Origin: a virus
IMG/VR virus record: IMGVR_UViG_3300008448_011290
Strand: one strand, 5' to 3'
Length of the DNA stretch: 64,000 nucleotides
The position numbers and the translations under genes were made by a program. This document shows positions 57,651 to 64,000 of this stretch, one piece after another. The first letter of the stretch is position 1, and every line of letters starts with the position of its first letter. The notes under the pieces were generated by a model. That model was given only the letters and a program-made list of their open reading frames with translations, had not been told where the DNA came from and ran no database searches.

Positions 57651-58138
57651 TGAATTTAGATAAAGGAAAGTTTATTAATGCAGTATTTGCCAGCAGCAAA
57701 AAGAAATTAATTCTAGCAATTTGGCAAGACATCGAAACCAAACAACAGCACGAAATAGCAATAGAAACAGATCTTAACAATAAAATGTATGTTAAATTAT
57801 TAGAAACTTTCACCACAGACGAGATTTCTACAATGACAGATCAAAAACGCAAACATGCAGCAAAAAGTTGGGAATTAATAGTGAAAGATATTGCTGAAAA
57901 ATATGGTTTAATATATGATCCTTCAGCAACTAATCCTCAAGACAAATTGGTTATAGATCATTTATTCAATCCTCCAGAGGGAGAAGCAGGTATGGAATTA
58001 TTATTCAATACTAAATTAAAAATATTTGATCTTCCACAAGTAACTCAATCCACTAATTCTGAATTAAAGAAAAAACTTAGAGAAGCAAAAACTCCTTTAG
58101 AATCTCTATATATTGCCGGAAAATTTCTATACGAATAG
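57650..58138 (+). CDS. Hypothetical protein
   Basis: 162-aa ORF coupled by TAATG overlap to the previous gene. Confidence 0.7.
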   Translation: MNLDKGKFINAVFASSKKKLILAIWQDIETKQQHEIAIETDLNNKMYVKLLETFTTDEISTMTDQKRKHAAKSWELIVKDIAEKYGLIYDPSATNPQDKLVIDHLFNPPEGEAGMELLFNTKLKIFDLPQVTQSTNSELKKKLREAKTPLESLYIAGKFLYE

Positions 58139-58825
58139 ATTATATTTTGCCCAATCATGAGGATGATTATCCATGTGGGTAAAATGAACAAATTTAATTT
58201 CAGGATAAAATTCATTGCCTAAGAACATATAAGGATTACCGGTTACTTCGTTATAGCGACGATTTAACATAGTTAATGTATGACGTGCAAAATGTCTTTC
58301 TCGAGCTTCCATTCTACAGAACCATGCTTTCGGCAGTGTTACTAGTTTTAATTGTTCTCTCACAGAATCTTCTATAAAATGCTGTTCGCCATTAACTGGT
58401 CCAGATGTATAACCTTCTTCGATATATTTCTTTTGCCAATGTATAGGGTCTTTTATAAACTTTTTATAAATGTAATGACAATCACGAGGATAGTATTTGT
58501 AGAATCCACCATTGATAGTAAATCTTTCTTTTTCTTCACCTTTAAGATCTCTCCACCAACCGGGTGCAGCTAAGAATTCTCCAGGCTGTATGGGATATTC
58601 AAATATTTTTTTATAATCATTGATTAATAGTATATCAATATCTATGACACAAATAGGTTCATCTTGTTCCAGAGTCATGCCATACATTTTGTTCCATTGT
58701 AATTTAATGTTGTCAGACATAGGAGATCTGATCCAATGAAACTCATATTCGGGTAATTTAGATTCCAAATATTTCTCATATTCAGGTCCGTATCTATCAC
58801 CAATTCTAACTGCTATTATTTTCAT
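58127..58825 (-). CDS. Glycosyltransferase (GT-A, DxD)
   Basis: IGDRYGPEY, WNKM, IDIDIL, INGG, GEQHFI, FVHF. Confidence 0.78.
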   Translation of the reverse strand: MKIIAVRIGDRYGPEYEKYLESKLPEYEFHWIRSPMSDNIKLQWNKMYGMTLEQDEPICVIDIDILLINDYKKIFEYPIQPGEFLAAPGWWRDLKGEEKERFTINGGFYKYYPRDCHYIYKKFIKDPIHWQKKYIEEGYTSGPVNGEQHFIEDSVREQLKLVTLPKAWFCRMEARERHFARHTLTMLNRRYNEVTGNPYMFLGNEFYPEIKFVHFTHMDNHPHDWAKYNLFV

Positions 58826-60006
58826 TATATTTTTTTGATAGCCATTTGATTATTTTTTGGTAAATTTAATATCTCTATGTTTTTAGAATATTTTTTTAAG
58901 AAATTGTCCACAGCAGGTTTAGGAGTTAAGTTAATATCTTCGTTGATTTCATTAGTATTAAAATTTTTAGATTGCCAACCATGTGCATCATCAATTAAGA
59001 TTATTCCGTTTGTTGATAACATGTTATAACTTAATTCGAGATCATTACTCACAGTGTTTGATCGATGATCACCATCGATGTAAACAAAATCAAACTGTCT
59101 TTTAATTTCAATCATATGATTTAATGTTTCTAAGGATGAAAGTTTGTGGAAACATATATTTTTTTTATTTTTGCATATAGATAAATTGTTTCGCCAATTT
59201 TTTTCTACTTGATCAAAGTAATTCTGTTCAAGATCATAGACCGAGCTATTAAATGGATCTATTGTGTCTATTTTTAAATCAGCATAGTGATCTGCCAACC
59301 AAAGTGTATATCTTCCTTCAAATGTACCTATTTCTAAAACGTTCTTAGGAAGTCCGTGATTTTTAAAAAGATATTTGGTATTTTCTATCGCTGATTTGGT
59401 CCAATCTGTGTTAAAAACATATTGATTAAATTTAGCAACATATTCTTGTATGGACATTCTTGGTCTGTCAAAGTTTTTTATATCACCTCTGTAATAAATG
59501 TATCTCCAGCTGTAAGGGTCTTCAGGTCTTTTCCCTACCAAATACAGCATAGGATCATCATTTATCCATCCAGACTGTTTAGGGAATAAAGTTTTAGATA
59601 TGTTTTCTCCTGGATTTCTAGAGATAAAATAAAAATCATATTTTTTCATTTCTTTGCAATCATTATTGAAAAGTATATTTGAAGCATCAAGATAAATTTT
59701 TTTTAGTAACCACCATGGTGTGAGTTTGGAGTATTTTGGGTTTGCAAAAAATTTAGTGCAACATCTTATTACATTCTCTTTGTATTTGCCACCATTAACT
59801 GCAGTGCATGAATAAGCTGGTTCCCCATTGATAATAGCACACATAAAATATTCATCATCATTGGATCGAATAGCTTTGTCTGCTTTTTTTTGTTTAGCGA
59901 TGTGTTGCAGATATTCAAACTCGTTATATAATTGATCTCCAACCATGTATGTTACGTCAAATTTTAAGTTATTTTTTTCAATTTGATAATTCTGTTCAAA
60001 ATACAT
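58825..60006 (-). CDS. Fusion: unknown N-terminal domain plus class I SAM-dependent methyltransferase (Methyltransf_24-like)
   Basis: C-half VLEIGTFEG, TIDPF, FDFVYIDGDH, GIILIDD, AVDNF; start probably ATG 60006, overlapping the upstream stop. Confidence 0.78.
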   Translation of the reverse strand: MYFEQNYQIEKNNLKFDVTYMVGDQLYNEFEYLQHIAKQKKADKAIRSNDDEYFMCAIINGEPAYSCTAVNGGKYKENVIRCCTKFFANPKYSKLTPWWLLKKIYLDASNILFNNDCKEMKKYDFYFISRNPGENISKTLFPKQSGWINDDPMLYLVGKRPEDPYSWRYIYYRGDIKNFDRPRMSIQEYVAKFNQYVFNTDWTKSAIENTKYLFKNHGLPKNVLEIGTFEGRYTLWLADHYADLKIDTIDPFNSSVYDLEQNYFDQVEKNWRNNLSICKNKKNICFHKLSSLETLNHMIEIKRQFDFVYIDGDHRSNTVSNDLELSYNMLSTNGIILIDDAHGWQSKNFNTNEINEDINLTPKPAVDNFLKKYSKNIEILNLPKNNQMAIKKI

Positions 60007-60674
60007 TATTCTACCCAATAGTCTTTAATCCAAGAATTAATTTCTTGCTGTTTGCTGCCATGATTCAATATACATACCTCATACTCTTTTCTCAATTTCT
60101 CAGGAGTGGTATCTTTGCCAAATCTAACACCTTGCCAATAAGAATAAGCAATGGAGGTAGGCAATAAGTCTACCTGCACAGGTTCATTGAAAAGATATCT
60201 GTCTATACCTTGATATTTGAACAATATCATGTCTTTATTTTTTTGAAAATAATCGTGTACTTCTAAACCTTGATTATCTTGCCATTTCATTATAGAGGAG
60301 TTATACAATGTTGGAAATTTTTCTGTAGCTCTGGGAGAAACATACCCTTCTTTCCATTGTGAATATAAAACAGATAGTGTTCTTGTTTTTACTGAGAACA
60401 AACGTTCTAAGGGATTGAGTATTAATACATCAAGATCAAATAGTATATTTTCTCCTTGATTGAATAATTTTAAAAGATCTAACTTTAACCACCAATGTGT
60501 AAGATCAGTTTTAATTTTTACAATGTTAACTTCTTTTCTAATATCCGTAGAATTTTCAGTGTAACAATAGAAATTAAATGGTTCTCCATGAGAATTTTTT
60601 AATACCATGGAATACAACCTATTCACGTATTCAGCAGAATACTTGTCTCCCCATTTCACGCACACTATATTCAT
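60006..60674 (-). CDS. Glycosyltransferase (GT-A, DxD)
   Basis: CVKWGDKYSAEYVNRL, WWLKL, FDLDVLI, YNSSIMKW, GIDRYL; TGcTATAAT extended -10 6 nt upstream of ATG. Confidence 0.8.
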   Translation of the reverse strand: MNIVCVKWGDKYSAEYVNRLYSMVLKNSHGEPFNFYCYTENSTDIRKEVNIVKIKTDLTHWWLKLDLLKLFNQGENILFDLDVLILNPLERLFSVKTRTLSVLYSQWKEGYVSPRATEKFPTLYNSSIMKWQDNQGLEVHDYFQKNKDMILFKYQGIDRYLFNEPVQVDLLPTSIAYSYWQGVRFGKDTTPEKLRKEYEVCILNHGSKQQEINSWIKDYWVE

Positions 60675-60699
60675 GAATATATTATAGCAGTTTGATTAA

Positions 60700-61494
60700 T
60701 TAATTAAAAGAATATTTTGTTATATCGCTAATTTTTGCTTGAGAAAATGCTTTTTTTCTTTCTTGGCAATTTCTACAATTACCACAATGATCTTCATTTT
60801 CTGAAACATCACAAGATTTTGTTTGGTATAACTCATTTAATAAATTCATTTTATCATATAACTGTATGATTTCCATGTCATTTAAATTGCGAAATGGCCG
60901 AACCATAGAATAAAAACTTTTTTGTAGCTCATTGAATTCTACCATGCTGTTTGTAAAAGGTATAGGAAGATTAAAATTCTCTATGGCATAATTTAATGTT
61001 TCGTATTTTTTTGCATTGTCTTTGACATATACAGGTAATTGTCCTCGAGTAATTAATCCTTTGCTCCATCCACTCTCCGTCAGCATCTCCATGGTTTCTT
61101 CGTGTATCTTGCTGTATCCTGCAATGCTATATTTTACGGAAGGAAATCTATTTAAAATTTTTTTACTTTGTTCTAGATGCATTTGTTTATGTATAGTGAA
61201 TGATTCATTGCCAATTTCAAACTTGTGTATACCACCTAATCTTTTGAAGCTATCCTCATGATTTTTTTTACTATATAATTTTTTAGAATTATTTTTAAAA
61301 TTTCCATATGCGTCCATAGATATAAATCCAAATATTATATTTTTAATGCCATAAAGCTCTTTAGCAATCAAAGCCACTAGAGTAGATTTTATACCTCCAC
61401 TGAACAGGACTACTATTTTGTCCTCAGTATTGATTTGTGGGAACTCTGCAAGATCAAATATCTTTTTATTTTTTAATTTATAAGAACTATCCAT
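60700..61494 (-). CDS. QueC-like PP-loop protein with C-terminal Zn-binding Cys cluster
   Basis: VVLFSGGIKSTL (PP-loop, D->K), RPF....IIQL, TKSC...HCGNCRNC.ER; start likely ATG 61494. Confidence 0.65.
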   Translation of the reverse strand: MDSSYKLKNKKIFDLAEFPQINTEDKIVVLFSGGIKSTLVALIAKELYGIKNIIFGFISMDAYGNFKNNSKKLYSKKNHEDSFKRLGGIHKFEIGNESFTIHKQMHLEQSKKILNRFPSVKYSIAGYSKIHEETMEMLTESGWSKGLITRGQLPVYVKDNAKKYETLNYAIENFNLPIPFTNSMVEFNELQKSFYSMVRPFRNLNDMEIIQLYDKMNLLNELYQTKSCDVSENEDHCGNCRNCQERKKAFSQAKISDITKYSFN

Positions 61495-62503
61495 TGTCAA
61501 CTTTCTCTTCAGTGTGATGCCACAGTGTTTTTTGTGGTATCTTCTTTCCTTTTGATTCAATTACGTGAACCTGTGATCCTGTGCATCTCTGATGACATAT
61601 AGATCCTAAATCTTCGTACATTGTTTTTAACCAATCATTGAACACTTCATCATTTAATATTTCAAAAATGCCTCTATGATGCAATGATATAGTGTATTTA
61701 TCTTTGTGTATTTTCCAATTATTTGATTTGTAAAATTTTGATGCAGTCCAACAGCAAGGGAATAATCTACCCCATGAATCCACATAAATCTCTTTTCTGT
61801 GTTTGTGAAGACAGATCAGTGGTCCTCGGTGTTGCATGTGTTCTATATTAAATCTATCTGCTGTGGGAGGATAGATTGATTTCTTTTTATTGTTTTTATC
61901 TTCATATAAAAAGGGTTTTTTAAAATCTTTAAATCGAGCAGATATTTTTAAAACAAAATCAGAGAAGCCCATTTCTTTAGCGATATTTTCAGCTTCTTCC
62001 ACTTGATGTTCATTATGAAAAAAAGGTATAAAAAACCATTTGGCATTAGCACCGGTGCTTATGAATGCTCGAGCATTATCCATTAGTTTATTCCATTTTA
62101 CTCCTATACGATATAGATGATTGGTATCTTCTAATCCATCGATGTGAAATTCCACAAAAGATTTAGGAGTTTTTTTATAAATTTCTCCCAGCTCTTGCCA
62201 AAATTCTGTAGTTCTTATACCTCCATTAGTGCTGAGTGTTATCAATATATCGGGATTAGATTCTAGAACGTATCGATGTATCTTTAAGAGATCTGTTGCC
62301 ACTGCTGGATCACCAAAATTGCCACAAAATTTAATTTTTTTTAATTGAGCAATAAAATCTGATGAAAAGAATTTTTTAAAATCATTGAATGAAATCTCCG
62401 ACTGATTATCCAGTATAATAGGGTTATTGGTTCTAGAACACATAGGACATTTAGCGTTGCAACGGCTGGTTAATTCTATGTGTACTGAGTCTATTTTATC
62501 CAT
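61487..62503 (-). CDS. Radical SAM protein with C-terminal twitch/SPASM-like Cys cluster
   Basis: CNAKCPMC, CGNFGDP, STNGG, IDGLEDTN..YR, G.LFPCCW, C...C; start likely ATG 62503 (MDKID). Confidence 0.9.
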   Translation of the reverse strand: MDKIDSVHIELTSRCNAKCPMCSRTNNPIILDNQSEISFNDFKKFFSSDFIAQLKKIKFCGNFGDPAVATDLLKIHRYVLESNPDILITLSTNGGIRTTEFWQELGEIYKKTPKSFVEFHIDGLEDTNHLYRIGVKWNKLMDNARAFISTGANAKWFFIPFFHNEHQVEEAENIAKEMGFSDFVLKISARFKDFKKPFLYEDKNNKKKSIYPPTADRFNIEHMQHRGPLICLHKHRKEIYVDSWGRLFPCCWTASKFYKSNNWKIHKDKYTISLHHRGIFEILNDEVFNDWLKTMYEDLGSICHQRCTGSQVHVIESKGKKIPQKTLWHHTEEKVDNG

Positions 62504-62509
62504 GCTTAT

Positions 62510-62538
62510 ATTATACATTTATATATGGACAACAGCAA
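62510..62538 (-). promoter_or_regulatory. Sigma70-like promoter for the modification cassette
   Basis: Minus strand TTGCTG-17 nt-TATAAT, 6 nt upstream of ATG 62503. Confidence 0.65.
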
Positions 62539-62606
62539 GGGTCTATTGGACTAATATGCTCATATAAACTAAAAGACCCAATCTACGGAAAGACAATAAA
62601 TACGGT

Positions 62607-64000
62607 ATGGCTTATATTGTTAACAAAACAGACGGTACAGTACTCACAACAATCGTAGATGGTACAATTGATAACACCACTTCATTAACACTTTTTGGTA
62701 AGAGTTATTCAGGATTTGGAGAATTATTAAACGAAGATTTAGTAAGATTATTAGAGAATTCAGCATCTACATCTAGTCCAGCAGCACCATTGAGAGGTGA
62801 GCTTTGGTTTGATACGTCAACCAATCAATTAAAAGTTTATGATGGTTCTTCATTTAAACCAGCCAGTGGAGCCAAATCACAAGCTACAGCACCAACATCT
62901 CCTACAGCAGGAGATCTTTGGGTGGACAGTGATGACAAACAATTATTTTTCTACACAGGATCTGCATGGCAGTTGGCAGGACCAGTTTACACAGATGGAC
63001 AACAATTATCAGGATTCAAAATTGAAACGGTGGGCAGTTCAGGCGGAGATAAAGTTATTGCTTCTATGTATTCTGGTACAATTAGAGTCGCAGTACTGAG
63101 TGCCAGTGCATTCACACCATCAGCAGGTTCACCATCAAGCACTCCATTATTAACCAATGGCTTTGCACAAATATATCCAGGTATAACATTAAATTCAAAC
63201 ATCAGTGCTGAGTTCTCAGGCACAACAACCACAGCAACTAATTTAAATATTTCTGGAACATCAAATCCATCAGGCACAGTGATTGCCGGCGGCAACTTCA
63301 TGAGAAAAGATACAGCACAAACCACTCAAGGTGCTATCACAATCGATGACAATGCTGGTATTATCGTTGGAGAGAATCAAGAAGGTGAGATCAATGTCAG
63401 CTCAAATAATTTAATAATTGCCAACACATCAGAAGACAAAAATATTTCTTTAAAAGTTAACAATGGTGGTTCCGCAGTGGAAGCCATCACAATAGATGGT
63501 GATAACAGCAGAGTGGGTATTTTTACAACATCACCTACTGTACCGTTAGAGATCACAGGTAACGTTAAGATCACAGGTAACCTATCAGTATCAGGAGAGT
63601 ATGATACCACTTCTACAACTAATGTGTTGATGAATGATGTATTTGTTAAATTAAACAATGGCAATAATTCAAATGTTGATTCTGGAATAGTAGTAGAGAG
63701 AGATTCTAGCAGAGAATCAAAACTTTATTACAATGCCACAGCAGGTTATTGGGTAGCAGGCAAAAGCGAGAGTGGAACATATTCGCAAATCATTCGAGAT
63801 GAAGACACAGTTACAGATGGCAATGCTAACACAGGAAAAGTTTTAAAGACCACAGCTGGTGGTAATGTTAAAGTAACCACGCTAACACTGGCAGCGGTAG
63901 GATCAGTTTCAGCCACAGACACATCAAATTTAAATGTACCAACCACAGGAGCAGTAGCAGAATCTATCAAAAAATGGGGAGGTAGTTATATTACACCTGA
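62607..64000 (+). CDS. Tail fibre protein, paralog of 55378..56598, truncated by the window edge
   Basis: Absent from the ORF track (no stop in window). ATG 62607 reads MAYIVNKTDGTVLTTIVDGTIDNTTSLTLFGKSYSGFGELLNEDLVRLLENSA...GELWFD; TAAATA at 62597-62602. Confidence 0.85.
   Translation, partial: MAYIVNKTDGTVLTTIVDGTIDNTTSLTLFGKSYSGFGELLNEDLVRLLENSASTSSPAAPLRGELWFDTSTNQLKVYDGSSFKPASGAKSQATAPTSPTAGDLWVDSDDKQLFFYTGSAWQLAGPVYTDGQQLSGFKIETVGSSGGDKVIASMYSGTIRVAVLSASAFTPSAGSPSSTPLLTNGFAQIYPGITLNSNISAEFSGTTTTATNLNISGTSNPSGTVIAGGNFMRKDTAQTTQGAITIDDNAGIIVGENQEGEINVSSNNLIIANTSEDKNISLKVNNGGSAVEAITIDGDNSRVGIFTTSPTVPLEITGNVKITGNLSVSGEYDTTSTTNVLMNDVFVKLNNGNNSNVDSGIVVERDSSRESKLYYNATAGYWVAGKSESGTYSQIIRDEDTVTDGNANTGKVLKTTAGGNVKVTTLTLAAVGSVSATDTSNLNVPTTGAVAESIKKWGGSYITP

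Noticed and set aside
1-64000. Alternative genetic code (stop-codon reassignment) and tRNA genes
   Set aside because: Core genes, including the 4290-aa ORF, are intact under the standard code, and I saw no cloverleaf with T-loop and anticodon signatures; tRNAscan-SE would confirm.

Overview
A 64-kb AT-rich segment of a large T4-like (myovirus-type) phage genome, covering most of the morphogenesis region. From left to right: a mostly minus-strand block of fibre/virion proteins; the head module (major capsid gp23, scaffold gp22, prohead protease gp21, acidic core protein, portal gp20); a probable tape-measure gene facing away from a gp26/gp51-like hub-chaperone pair; an accessory block (DUF1415-like protein, Arg-tRNA-protein transferase-like enzyme, ~400 nt of highly structured non-coding sequence, GIY-YIG endonuclease, SGNH protein, Hc1-like histone, 2OG-Fe(II) oxygenase, amidinotransferase, PLP enzyme); gp46/gp47 nuclease and a gp55-like late sigma factor; a plus-strand baseplate operon ending in a 4290-aa wedge protein and fibre genes; and an inverted modification cassette (two glycosyltransferases, methyltransferase, QueC-like, radical SAM). 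A TAAATA late-promoter motif precedes most structural genes. The most notable observations are: (1) a large, pseudoknotted candidate ncRNA next to the GIY-YIG nuclease; (2) a clean -1 programmed frameshift signal that would fuse the gp26- and gp51-like ORFs; (3) strong enrichment of a DGST motif in virion proteins, alongside many phage-encoded modifying enzymes; (4) type-1 copper (cupredoxin) motifs in virion proteins; (5) a phage-encoded N-degron-type aminoacyl transferase. All product calls come from motif recognition by eye; no searches were run.
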